This document shows, piece by piece, positions 10,204 through 22,236 of a DNA stretch of 44,875 nucleotides (positions are counted from its first letter, which is position 1; each line of letters opens with the position of its first letter). The DNA is from Octopus bimaculoides (taxonomy: Eukaryota). Below the pieces are notes generated by a model. The model ran no database searches. It was not told the DNA's origin and saw only the letters and a list, made by a program, of their open reading frames with translations. Location of the stretch: contig NC_068986.1 in NCBI RefSeq assembly GCF_001194135.2, positions 61,723,597-61,768,471 of the forward strand, in the 5' to 3' direction. The position numbers and the translations under genes were made by a program.

Positions 10204-11715
10204 TTAATCCATTTGTGCTGAAATTTTTCGAGTGAATGAAATTGCCTGAAAATTGACAGATACTATTATTTTGACGTAAATAACAACTGAAAAAAATTTC
10301 ATTGAAATCCGTTCGATATTTCCTGAAATAATCACTGTCAGTTATAACAGACATTAGGCACTGTGCATATGAATCTTTAATAAGCTTGTTAACTGTGCAA
10401 TTTACTTATTTAGAGGCTAATAAAAGTATTATATCTGACCATAACTTTATTATGAAAATAATTCCTGTTCACATTAATAAGATATCAATGAAAACTGAAA
10501 ATTTATTTAGTAAAATATATCCTTTTGAAATGAAGCTATACAGCTTTACTGAACATGATACTTCTTGAAACATTTGGGATGAACTACATTACATTTTTCA
10601 CATATGAAATGACTTTTCCCAGTGCATTCTTTGCATCTCCTTTCATTTGGAATATATTCAATCCAATGCTATCATATTTTACATTGTCTTTCAAATGAGC
10701 AGATGTGCGTTTTCTTAGAAACTTTGGAGTGCCATACATTTTCAATAGAGTTAGAGAAATGTTTTCAATGAAATTGTATAATGTAATTTTGTGCCCTGCT
10801 CTATTCATCAAGTTGCATGCATTTTGGGTTGCCACAGATACAAAATATTGAAAAATAAGCCACCATTTATTTTGCCGCATTCAAATCCTATAGGAACCAA
10901 TGTTATGATCCAGAAGGTCAACAAATCCCATATATTTGTTGTCTAATTTTGGATGCTTTCAGGCTGTGAAATTGAAACATATTTCTTTCGAGACCTGTCA
11001 TAGTGCTCAACAGTGGACATTTTATAGGTTTCAAAGTTTGATAGCAGAACAACATCGTTATTATCTTTCCATTTCACAGCGACTATCTTTGAAGTGGACT
11101 TGAAGTCAGCTGTTCCTCTGGAGCATGCTTTCATTTCAGTTTTCGTTTTGAAAGGACATCTAGCAGTCCTATTTTCTCTGCAGGTTCCCAATGTACATAT
11201 TCCTTTCTCAAAAAGTTTCTCCATCAATTGAATACTTGTGAAATAGTTATCAAAAAAATATTTTGAAATCTTTATTGTCTGGTACTTCTACAGCATCAGT
11301 GAGATCAAGGACAACATTCCGACCTAGGTCAAATGCATTTTCGGTTTGATTGGGACTGTATTTCTTGCCAATGTAGAGGTCAAAAGCATGCATATATCCA
11401 TACTGAGAACAAAGGGCCCAAACTCTGAAACCAAACCGAATTAGTTTCCCTTTTATAAATTGTTTGGCATAGTGCTTGCCTTAACATGGAATCATACTTT
11501 TGTCAACAGCGAGATGTTCTCCCAAGCCACCATGTTCCTTGAATTCGTTTTGTAAGTGGTCAAGTAGAGGTCTCAGTTTGAATGCATGATCATCTCCTGA
11601 AGCATTGGAATTATCCACTAAATGGATATTTCTTAATATATTCTCCAAATCTGTCTTGCCTCATGTTATTTTGTAAAATTTTTGGAACATTGTCTTCAGA
11701 TGACCAATACCGTTA
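10204..11715 (-). pseudogene. piggyBac (PGBD2/3-like, DDE_Tnp_1_7) transposase remnant, 5'-truncated
   Basis: Minus-strand segments read YWSSEDNVPK, AVDKSMIP (GAC at 11502-11504), KLIRFGFRVWALC, KIFFDNYFTSIQLMEKL, VAVKWKDNNDV, MGFVDLLD and NKWW, interrupted by stops and frameshifts. TTAA at 10204-10207 followed by TCCATTTG is a likely 3' terminus. Confidence 0.88.
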
Positions 11716-11898
11716 TTACAGAGTGGACAGTGAGCTGGCTAACACAGTTGAGCAACACAGTTAATGCTATATTGCTAAACATAGGTGTATCAGATCTATG
11801 TATAGGTACCAGGAAATTCAGAATATTTTGTGAATCTATTGCTATATTATCAAGAATTTCATGCCCACTTATTTATTTATTTTTTGTCATACATTATT

Positions 11899-11900
<2 letters not shown>

Positions 11901-11942
<42 letters not shown>

Positions 11943-11962
11943 CCTCTCTCTCTCTCTCTCTC
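11901..11962. repeat. (CT)n microsatellite
   Basis: Directly visible ctctct run with one ccct interruption. Confidence 0.95.
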
Positions 11963-12169
11963 AGAGAGGCACAGACATATACACACGCGGCAGTAACTTC
12001 CGCCTACCAAATTCAATCACAAAGCTTCGGAAATCGAACCACATCCGACGACTGGCACCATGCCAACCTCTCCTTCATTGGACACTAAACTCTGCTTGCA
12101 AAGACCTGTTGGGGCAAGTGAAATCGAAATCATAATTGAACCATATTCGATGACTGGCACCTGCGCTAG

Positions 12170-12596
12170 TGGATCACTAACAGTTCTGTCCGAGCGTGTT
12201 CATTGCCAGAGCAGCTGTCTGGCTTCCGTGCTAGTGACCTGTAAATAGCACCATTTGAGCATAATCGTTACCAGCGTCACCTTCTAGCACTTGTGCTGAT
12301 AGCACGTTAGAAAATCATTCAAGTGAAGTCGTTGCCAGTGCCACTGGACTGGCTCCCATGCAGGTGGCACGTAAAAAACATCATTTTGAGCGTGACCGTT
12401 GCCAGTACCATGTGACTGGCCCTCGTGCCGGTGGCATGTAAAAGCATCCACTACACTCTTGGAGTGGTTGGCGTTAGGAAGGGCATCCAGCTGTAGAAAC
12501 TCTGCCAGATCAGATTGGAGTCTGGTGCAGCCAGTCCTCAGTCAAATCGTCCAACCCATGCTAGCATGTAAAGCGGACGTTAAACGATGATGATGA
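12170..12596 (+). repeat. RTE-type 3' tail element with repeated tggcac(g)taaaaagcacc units and a (GAT)n tail
   Basis: Repeated gccagt...actggc/ggtggcacgtaaaa units ending in aaacgatgatgat. A similar copy lies at ~12845-13065. Confidence 0.7.
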
Positions 12597-13401
12597 TTAT
12601 CTATAGGTTTACAAGGAGCCAATCACTGAATTTCTGATATTTTTATCTTTTACTTCTTTCAGTCATTAGACTAGAGCACTAGCTTGAGGAATTTTAGTTG
12701 AATGAATTGACCCCAGTACTTTTTTTTTAAGCATGGTACTTATTCTATCAGTATCTTTTGTTGAACAACTAAGTTACAGGGATGTAAACACACCAACAAC
12801 AGTTGTCAAGCAATGGTGGGGAAGAATGATCCTGATCTTGCAGGCTCGTGGGTGCTGGTGCCATGTAAAAGTGCCTATACCAGTGTTGTGTAAGAGCAGC
12901 CAGTATATTCTGCAAAGTGGTTGGTGTTAGGAAGGGCATCAACCCATAGAAACCATGCCAAAACAGACATGGAGCCTGGGCAACTCTTCAGCTGGCCAGT
13001 TCCTATCAAACCATCCAACCCATGCCAGCATGGAAAACAAATGTTAAATGGTGATGATGATGATAAAGATGAATGTATGCAAGATGCATGCACGCACGCA
13101 CACACATGCATACGTGATGGACTCTCCTGTTGAAGACGACATATGAGTATTCAGCCTCTGCAGAACAACCTGCACAAATGATTTGTTTATAGTGATCAAA
13201 TGTTCATGCCACACATTAGCTCATTCTCTCCATCAAATCAGTGTTGTCTGAACAGGTGCACTGTGTACCACACAGTGCACATGTTCAGGTGTCAAAATGA
13301 TTGCATTGCAGAGCAACATGGGGTGAAGTGTTTTTGCTCAAGAACATAATGCACTACATGGTTGAGATTTGAAATCACTATCTAGCAATCATGAAAGCAT
13401 A

Positions 13402-14599
13402 CAGGGGTTGGACAAAATAATAGAAACACCTAGCATCATAGCATCATAATTTTGAAATATCTATAAAACCGTCAAAAGCTTGTTTATTTTTATGTTTTTT
13501 GATTTATTATTAGTGTTGCTTAATGTTTTGCTAAAATGGCTGTTTCTTTTCAGATATCAGAAAAAGGTAATTAAAATTCATTAAAATGACAGATCTATCG
13601 GACTTTCAAAGAGGTCAAGTTCTTGGTGCTCGTATGGCAGGCGCTAGCGTAACGAAAACAGCTGAAANNNNNNNNNNNNNNNNNNNNNNNNNNNNNNNNN
13701 NNNNNNNNNNNNNNNNNNNNNNNNNNNNNNNNNNNNNNNNNNNNNNNNNNNNNNNNNNNNNNNNNNNNNNNNNNNNNNNNNNNNNNNNNNNNNNNNNNNN
13801 NNNNNNNNNNNNNNNNNNNNNNNNNNNNNNNNNNNNNNNNNNNNNNNNNNCGGGAGCTGCACAAAGCCAGATTTCATGGGAGGGCTACAATCAGAAAACC
13901 ACTACTTTCAAAAACAAACATTGCAAAGTGTTTAGAGTGGAGTAAAAACCTACAGAATTGGTCCCTAGAGCAGTGGCAGAATGTTATTTTCTTGGACAAA
14001 TCATCCTTTACCCTATTTCCAACCACCAGCCGAGTATACATTTGGAGACAGCCAAAAGAAGCATTTGACCCAGACTGCCTTCTTCCACCTGTTAAACATG
14101 GAGGAGTATCTGTGATGATCGGAGTTGGGGTATATCTTGGAAATCCGCCGGCCCAGTGGTTTCCCTTCATGGCAGAATTAATAGTCAAGACTGTTAAAGC
14201 ATTTTATCTGATCAATTTCATCCTATAGTTGCAGAACTGTTTCCGCAATCTTTCAGGATGATAATGCACCAATTCACACAGCTAAAGTTGTTACTGAATG
14301 GGACAAGGAACATTCTACTGAAGCTGAACATCTCATCTGGCCACTACAGTCCCCAGATCTCAATATTATTGAACATTTATGGTGCAATTTAGAAAAGCAA
14401 GTAAGGATTTGATATCCTCCACCATCATCACTACAAGAACTGGAGACTGTTTTAGCTGAAGAAAGGACAAAAATTCCTTTGGAAACAATTCAAACTTTGT
14501 ACGAGTCCATACCTCATAGAATTCAAGCTGTAATTACTCCATATTAAAATAAATTTGTTTGAAATTTTAAGGTGTTACCATTATTTTGTCCAGCCCCTG
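13402..14599 (+). mobile_element. Full-length (1198 bp) Tc1/mariner element with a DD36E transposase; disrupted
   Basis: ~30-bp TIRs CAGGGG(T/C)TGGACAAAATAAT(A/G)G(A/T)AACACCT and TA TSDs at 13400-13401 and 14600-14601. ORF starts at 13586 (MTDLSDFQRGQVLGARMAGASVTKTAE). Motifs VIFLDKSSF, FQDDNAPIH and SPDLNIIEHLW are present. Contains frameshifts, stops and a 183-N gap (13668-13850). Confidence 0.95.
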
Positions 14600-14671
<72 letters not shown>

Positions 14672-14690
14672 TACATACATACATACATAC

Positions 14691-14735
<45 letters not shown>

Positions 14736-14742
14736 TACATGT
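14600..14742. repeat. Compound microsatellite (TA)n-(GA)n-(TACA)n-(CA)n
   Basis: Directly visible; starts at the right TA TSD of the Tc1. Confidence 0.95.
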
Positions 14743-14754
14743 ATACAAAATATT

Positions 14755-15135
14755 ATTTTACTTGTTTCAGTCATTTGACTGCAGCCATGCTAGAGCACCA
14801 TATTGAAGGGCTTTAGTCAAGCAAATCAACCCCAGCACTTATTTTTTTAAAGCCTACTACTTATTCTATTGGTCTTTTATGCTGAACTGCCAAGTTTTGG
14901 GGATGTAAACACACCAACACTGGTTGTCAAACGGTGATGAGGGAACAAAGACAGACATACATACACACACACACACACACACATACAACAGGCTTCTTTC
15001 AGTTTCCCTCTACCAAATCCACCTATGAGGCTTTGGTCAGCCCAAGGCTATAGTAGAAGATACTTGCCCAAAGTACCACACGGTGGGACTGAACCTGGAA
15101 CCATGTCATTGGAAAGCAAACTTCCCCACACTGTG
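14755..15135 (-). mobile_element. Composite tRNA/CORE-like SINE with a (CA)n-linked second module
   Basis: Reverse complement of the 24981-25369 copy (ctttgggcaagtatcttctactatagccttgggctgaccaaagcc...ggtgtgtttacatcccc...cagtcaaatgactgaaacaag). Confidence 0.7.
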
Positions 15136-15219
15136 CCTACTGATAGCAATGAGGAAGTGTTTTCACAACTCAGATGAAATAAAGTACTTTTTGTTAAATG
15201 CATTGACTTAGCAATTTCA

Positions 15220-16472
15220 CACATAGTCCTCCAGGCAATAACAGAGGAATTTAAGACAGGCTACCCCTGGGAGCTCCTCTATGCTGATGACCTTGTTCTT
15301 ATAGCCAAATCACTACCAAAACTAGAGAAAACTTTCAGGTGTGGAAGCAAGGTCTAGAATCAAAGGGCCTTAGAGTTAACCTAGCAAAAACCAAAATTCA
15401 CAGTAAGTAGGAAGGCAGACAAATCACAAATGCCTTCAGGTAGATAATCCTGCTGTGAGAAAGACAGAGGTAGAAATTCTATGATGTAACCAGTGTAAGC
15501 TATGGACATAAGAAGTGCATCAATATCAGATGAAGGTTATAGGAAAATAGTTTTTGTGTGTGGAAGGTACACAAGTACAATAAACATTAAAAATGTACAG
15601 AAAATAGACTCCATCAAATGCCAGCAAGGTAGGTAAACTTGAGGTAGTGGATAGCTTCCATTATCTAGGTGACCAAGTCAGTAGTGGAGGTGGATGCTCT
15701 GAGAACATAGCTGTGAAAATAAGATTAGGCTGGGCAAAATTCAGCGAGCTCCTGCTGTTGGCAACAAAGGGCCTCTCCCTCAGAATTAAAGGCAGACTAT
15801 GATGCCTGTGACCGCCAAGGACATGCATAGACTTATAAGAAATTAAGCTAGCATGCTTCACTGGATGTGCAATGCCAGTGTGCATGTACAACAGAGTGTA
15901 AGTGTCTTGAGAGAAACGTTGGGTATAAGAGGTATCAGATGTGTGCTAGAATGGTCATGTGGTGCATATGGACAAGAACAGCTGTGTAAAAAAGTGCCAA
16001 TCCCTAACTGTGGAAGAGGTAGACATGGCACAAGGTGGTGAAGCATGATCTTCAAATGTTGAGCCTCACGGAGGCAATGACTTGTAACTGAGACCTTCGG
16101 CAATATGTTGTGCTTGAGAAGATCTGTCAAGCAAAGTGAAATCATAGTCATGGCCAATGCCAGTGTCATGTTGGTGGCACATAAAAAGCACCTCTTGAGT
16201 GTTGGGCCTCACAGAGGCAACATGGCCGATGCCAGTGTCGTGTAACTAGCACCCATGCCAGTGGCATGTAAAAAGCACCTTTCAAGTGTTGAGCCTCACA
16301 GAGGCAGTGTGGCCAATGCTGGTGTCGCATAACTAGCACCTGTGACAGTGGCATATAAAAAGCACCTTTTGAGCATTGGGCCTCATGGCGGTAATGACAA
16401 ATGATCAAGACCTTTGGCAATATGCTGTGCTTGAGTAGACCATCAAGCCAATTGAAATTGTAGTCATGGCAG
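15220..16472 (+). mobile_element. RTE-like LINE 3' portion (RT remnant plus tail), split by the Gypsy; resumes at 22841-23042
   Basis: IVLQAITEEFKTGYPWELLYADDL (YADD motif) at ~15222-15295, later SFHYLGDQVSSGGGCSE, then ~90-bp tandem tail units. The tail unit continues in register after the Gypsy. Confidence 0.8.
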
Positions 16473-16926
16473 TATAACGGTGATATTATCTTATTTATAT
16501 GGTGATTATTCTCCTAAGTAGACTTTGTAATCAACGTCAGTTGGTCACCAATTTATAATGTGTTCGAACTTGGGAAAGATAATAAATATAGATGTTTATA
16601 GAGTAGAAATCTACGGTGATAAACCCGTCACTTATAACTTAATTATAAGTATTATCACTATACATAAATCTTAACTCAGGCTGCGTAAACGCTGTGATGA
16701 ATTAAACACCAAGACACTGAACATGCATGTATGTTGAAGATAAATAAGTTCGCTCTTTTTCACTGCTATAATAACAGTTTCATAGTTACAGAAATAAATT
16801 TCATTAACAGGTTGAAGAAAAAGAAATTATTTACTAAATTGTAGAGAGTTACGACATAAAAATTTATATTAACTAATTCTTCCATACTAAGCTACTACAG
16901 TTTTACACAACAATTCAAAAAAGCTT

Positions 16927-17629
16927 NNNNNNNNNNNNNNNNNNNNNNNNNNNNNNNNNNNNNNNNNNNNNNNNNNNNNNNNNNNNNNNNNNNNNNNNNN
17001 NNNNNNNNNNNNNNNNNNNNNNNNNNNNNNNNNNNNNNNNNNNNNNNNNNNNNNNNNNNNNNNNNNNNNNNNNNNNNNNNNNNNNNNNNNNNNNNNNNNN
17101 NNNNNNNNNNNNNNNNNNNNNNNNNNNNNNNNNNNNNNNNNNNNNNNNNNNNNNNNNNNNNNNNNNNNNNNNNNNNNNNNNNNNNNNNNNNNNNNNNNNN
17201 NNNNNNNNNNNNNNNNNNNNNNNNNNNNNNNNNNNNNNNNNNNNNNNNNNNNNNNNNNNNNNNNNNNNNNNNNNNNNNNNNNNNNNNNNNNNNNNNNNNN
17301 NNNNNNNNNNNNNNNNNNNNNNNNNNNNNNNNNNNNNNNNNNNNNNNNNNNNNNNNNNNNNNNNNNNNNNNNNNNNNNNNNNNNNNNNNNNNNNNNNNNN
17401 NNNNNNNNNNNNNNNNNNNNNNNNNNNNNNNNNNNNNNNNNNNNNNNNNNNNNNNNNNNNNNNNNNNNNNNNNNNNNNNNNNNNNNNNNNNNNNNNNNNN
17501 NNNNNNNNNNNNNNNNNNNNNNNNNNNNNNNNNNNNNNNNNNNNNNNNNNNNNNNNNNNNNNNNNNNNNNNNNNNNNNNNNNNNNNNNNNNNNNNNNNNN
17601 NNNNNNNNNNNNNNNNNNNNNNNNNNNNN
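16927..17629. other. Assembly gap (703 N) covering the Gypsy integrase end, PPT and the start of the 3' LTR
   Basis: N run between integrase sequence and the LTR. Confidence 0.95.
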
Positions 17630-18420
17630 GTCTAAACTGACAATCTCTTCTCTGCCATGTATATCCAAAGTCATAGTTTTATCTTTAATTGACAAAACTT
17701 TAAAAGGTCCAGTGTATTTATAATTCAGTGAATGATGACTGGCATCATTACGTGCAAATACATGAGTCCAAGAATTAATATCAGAAGGGACGAAACTTTT
17801 AATATTTTGTAATTTACTTGTAAAAGAAGGAACATCAGAAAGAAATCTCTTGAGTCGGGCTACATAATTGTTAATATCTCCATTAAAAGAATTGGTTTCT
17901 TCAAACATTTGACCATGTAGAGTTAATGTTGTTCCGTACTGAAGTTCAGCAGGAGAATATTGCAAACTTTCTTTAACAGCACTCCTGATTCCTAACAATG
18001 TCACTGGTAAGGCTTCTAACCAACTGTTAGAATCAGAGTAAGTTCTTAAATAAGATTTAAACTGCCTATGAAACCTTTCTATCATGCTGTTAGATTGTGG
18101 ATGATAAGAAGTAGTACAAATTCTATGAATTCAACAATTTGTTAAATTCTGCAAAAAGTGTAGACTCAAATTGTCTTCCACACACAATCTGTTGTCAATG
18201 AGTTGGGTATGCCGAATCTGGACATCCAATTGGTAAATAAGGTTTTTGCAATAGTTACCACAGATATGTCTTTGAATGGTTTCTGGCCATCGCAAAAAAA
18301 AAAAACAATCCATACATGTTAACAAATAACTATTACCTTCCACAGGAGGCAATGGTCCAATTATGTCAATATGAATGCATTGGAATCTGACATCAGGATT
18401 TGCAAAAGTGCCTAATGGAG

Positions 18421-18867
18421 TGTAGTGACGTCATCTTGAGGGTCTCCAGCACGCATGCACAGGGTTGAAACCTTCTGGAAGGCCTGCTGAAAGGTCCCTG
18501 ATGTGCATGCGCAGAAAACTAGCAGCAGCAGAGTTCTCTTGTATCTTGGACTCGAGATGCAGCCGCTGAATTATGCAGACATGTCCTCAGCAGCGCTCTG
18601 TTCACCTCTGCTGCTGACCGGTATTTGACCAGCTCTGTGTAGCTGGATTTCTGTGAAGAATGCCTTCACAAAGTATGATTAACTCCGACTTTGCTGCTTC
18701 CACACCAGACTTGGCTACTGATTGTCCCAAGGTGTAAATTTTTGTACATACAAAATAAAAGGATTGTTTTTATGTTCGGATGTTTTCTTGTTCCGATATT
18801 TTTCCTCTAACATTTATGTAAGGAATTGTGTGGCACCCTTCCAGTGCCAATCATTTTACCTCTTACA
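18421..18867 (+). mobile_element. Solo LTR (447 bp) nested in the Gypsy integrase
   Basis: TGTAGTG...CTTACA termini, TSD GGAG/GGTG (one mismatch), AATAAA at 18754-18759. Removing it restores the integrase reading RHIKAPLGTFANPD. Homologous to 28410-28960. Confidence 0.88.
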
Positions 18868-19570
18868 GGTGCTTTAATGTGACGATTCACTTTTGCTCTT
18901 TGGCACTGCATACATGATTGAACCCAAGAATGAATATCCTTATTCATACTAGGCCAAACAAATCGACTCGATATTGATTTTAATGAACCTCCAATACTAT
19001 CATGAGATAAATTATGCAAAGTAGAAAAAACAACTTTTCTATGCTTTTCAGGCACAAATTGTCTAGAAAATTCTGTAGAAATATCACACCAAATATGTGA
19101 TTTACAAGAATGAATCGGTAACAATTTAAATTTCAAAGAAGTAGAACTGGAATCTTAATATAAAGAAAATTCTTTATCAGTAGTTTGATCTTTAGACACT
19201 TCTTCTAAATTGATAGTACTTAATGAATGTAATGCATCAACATTCATTCGAGAAAGTGCATCAGCTGCAGAATTTTCAACACCCTTGATATACCGTATAT
19301 CCACAGTATTATACGGTGAAATATAATCAAGTGTCTAATTTCTCTGAGAGAATACTTTTCAGAAGAATTTTTTAGTGCATGTGTCAATAGTTTATGGTCA
19401 GTAAATAATGTAAATGACCTACCTTCAAGAAGATGTCTGAAGTACTTTATTGACAAGTAAGCTGCCAACAATTCTCTGCCGAAAATGCTGTATTTTGTTT
19501 CTGGTGCCTTGAATTTTTTTGAAAAGAAGGATAATGGTTGCCAAGAACCACAATGAAACTGTTGTAAAAC

Positions 19571-19804
19571 AAGGCGGCAAGCTGGCAGAAATGTTAGCAT
19601 GCCGGGCGAAATGCTTATTGGTATTTCGTCTGCTGTTATGTTCTGAGTTCAAATTCTGCCGAGGTTGACTTTGCCTTTCATCCTTTCGGGGTCGATAAAT
19701 TAAGTACCAGTTACGCACTGGGGTTGATGTAATCAACTTAATCCCTTTGCCTGTCCTTGTTTGTCCCCTCTATGTTTAGCCCCTTGTGGGCAATAAAGAA
19801 ATAA
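19571..19804 (+). mobile_element. tRNA-derived SINE nested in the Gypsy RNase H, with a perfect 16-bp TSD
   Basis: TSD GAAACTGTTGTAAAAC at 19555-19570 and 19805-19820. A-box-like GGCAAGCTGGCAGAA, B-box GAGTTCAAATTC, central gcctttcatcctttcggggtcgataaat domain and an A-rich tail. Older copies lie at ~2275-2510, ~9880-10100, ~33430-33650 and ~34340-34540. Confidence 0.92.
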
Positions 19805-22236
19805 GAAACTGTTGTAAAACTCCACCAATTCCAACATCGGAAGTATCAACTACCAACAATAATTTTGTTTCAGGAACAGGATGGTTTGAGAGTGTTGCTT
19901 CAAACAGTTTTTCTTTTATGCTTTGAAAAGCCTGTAATTATTCATCTTTTAAAGTTATACTTCATTTTTCTTTTTCCTATTCTGTAATAATTCAGTTAAA
20001 GGAAATGGACTTTCTGTGTAATGTGGAATGAAACATCTGTAAAAATTAATGATTCCTAAAAATTCTTGAAGCTTTTGTAAAGAATTTGGTACTGAAAATT
20101 TGTTAATAGCTTCTACTTTGTCTGGCAGTAGGCGAATTCCATCTTTATCAATGAGATGACCTAAAAGGAATATAGTGCGTTCACCAAAAACACACTTTGA
20201 TGGATTTATTACTATACCATATTTAGTCTTTTGAAAATTTGTTTTAAGTGCTTTTCATGAACTTCTTCTGACGAACTAGCAATGAGAATATTGTCTGTAT
20301 AAGCAAGTACAAAAGGTAAATCTCTTGTTATTTTGTCAATGAATCTCTGGAAAGTATTTGCTGCGTTCCTCAATCCAAAAGACATACAAAGGAATTCATA
20401 CAACCCAAATGGAGTTGTAATTACTGTTTTTGGTATATCATTCTCTTCAACAGGAATTTGATTGTATGCTCTAACTAAATCTATCTTTGAAATGATATTA
20501 CAACCACTCAACGAAGCTGCAAAATCATGGATGTATGGAATTGGATATTTGTCTTCTTGTGTTTTTTTCGCATTAAGCTGTCTAAAATCTCCGCATGGAT
20601 GCCAGTCTGTGAGATTTTTCTTTACCAAAACTAAAGGTGTAGACCAGTTACTGCTAGAAGGACGAATTATTCTGAGGTCTAACATGTGATAAAATCCGGC
20701 CTTAGCAATCTTTAATTTCTCTGCAAGGTTTGGAAAAACTTGGTAGTCCATGGGTTACAATGTGATGAGTGACTGAATGAACACATTTGGTGTTTGGAGC
20801 TAATGGTTTTGTAATTTCAAACGATTTTCGGAGGACACCATAAAATATAACAGACTAATTGTCGCATTCCTGCATCTCATGCCTTAAATGTTTAATGAAG
20901 TAACTGTGTCTATTAATTTTTGTTTCTTTACATCTACCAGTAAATTGGCAAATCTGCTACAATGAAAATCCACTTATATTCTCTTCTTAAATGTGAATCT
21001 AGAGTTAAACTAATTTTCTCCAAATGTTTGGATATCTGACTGATTAACTGCTTGTAGAGTCAAATAAGCAGGCTTAGGTTTCTCTTTTAAAAGTTTAGCA
21101 GGCCAAATGGAACAAGCTGCTCCTGTATCAACTAAGAATCTTTGTTTGGAGTTAGAGTCAAATATGAAGAAAACTTTTTATGAAATCCACAGATTTCGTC
21201 ACGTCTAATCTGTGGTTGAAAAGTTTCCCGACCTTTTTTTTTTGTTTAGAAAATCAAATGAGCATGGTTTAATACAACGATAAGATTTGTCACCAAATTT
21301 TGAATGGTACCAGCATGTAGCATTTCTTCTGGGACTTTTCGATCGTCTACGCCATCTTGCATTATTTCTGTTATGAGAACGCTTATCTCTTCCAAGTTGA
21401 AGACTTTCAATTTTGTCTGTTAATAATTTTAATTGCTCCTTATAAGTTTCTTTCATCTTCTGTAATTCTGAAGAAATGGATGGTAAGGCATTAACAGACT
21501 GTCTAGATAATAATTCCAATATACCACCTGCCAATTGTTTGAGAGAGTTTTGCTCTTTCACCGCTAAAAGTAGAGTTTGAGTGCTATAAGGCAACTTGCC
21601 AAACAAAGAAAACTTCTTTAAGATAAGACTCTTCTGTCTGTTGATTTGTGAGAAGTTCTTTCATTCTACGAAAAAGTTGAGTAGGTTTTCTGTCACCTAG
21701 TTGTTCGTTATTGAACAGGAGCTGGGAGTCCTCTTTAGTATCTATTCCTTTACGGAAAAATACGATAATGGTTCAGTAGGATCTATTAATAAGTCTCTAA
21801 TTTCATTGCTCAGAGCTGGTGGTAAGTTGCTTAACATAATGTTATATTTTTGTGCCTCTGTTGTTATTCTAATCGAGCAAACCAGATAATGGTGTCACCC
21901 ACCCAAGGGGGAGGCAAAACAGAAGCTTGCATATATCCTCTATCAAAATAAGACATTTCAAACTCTTTAATATTTTCTTCCATTCAAATATATTAAAATT
22001 TTCAAGAAGAAGAAAAATTTTCACTTAGTGAACTTTCAACAGCTATGAAGTATAAACTTAGCTTGCTAGAAAGTGTAGTTAAAACTTTTTGTGACTATTA
22101 TTGTTTATTTCTTCAGTGTTCTTTCTTACTTCAACCTTTAATATTAAATATTTCCGTTAATAAAATTTTGTGTAATAAAACTGTCATCTATTTTCTATAT
22201 AAAATTTTATATATTTTTCACAGGGATCACCACTTT

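Noticed and set aside
13541-13590. Sense-strand acceptor (tttcttttcag, 13553) upstream of the Tc1 ATG, suggesting an NPRL2-transposase fusion
   Set aside because: Splicing from exon 7 (phase 0) gives ATA TCA GAA AAA AGG TAA. The alternative AG at 13560 also stops before the ATG, and the transposase is broken.
11682-14816. ORFs rich in SLSL, HTHT, YIYI or VCVC (11682-12135, 14544-14816; also 25004-25192, 27552-27850)
   Set aside because: Translations of microsatellites.
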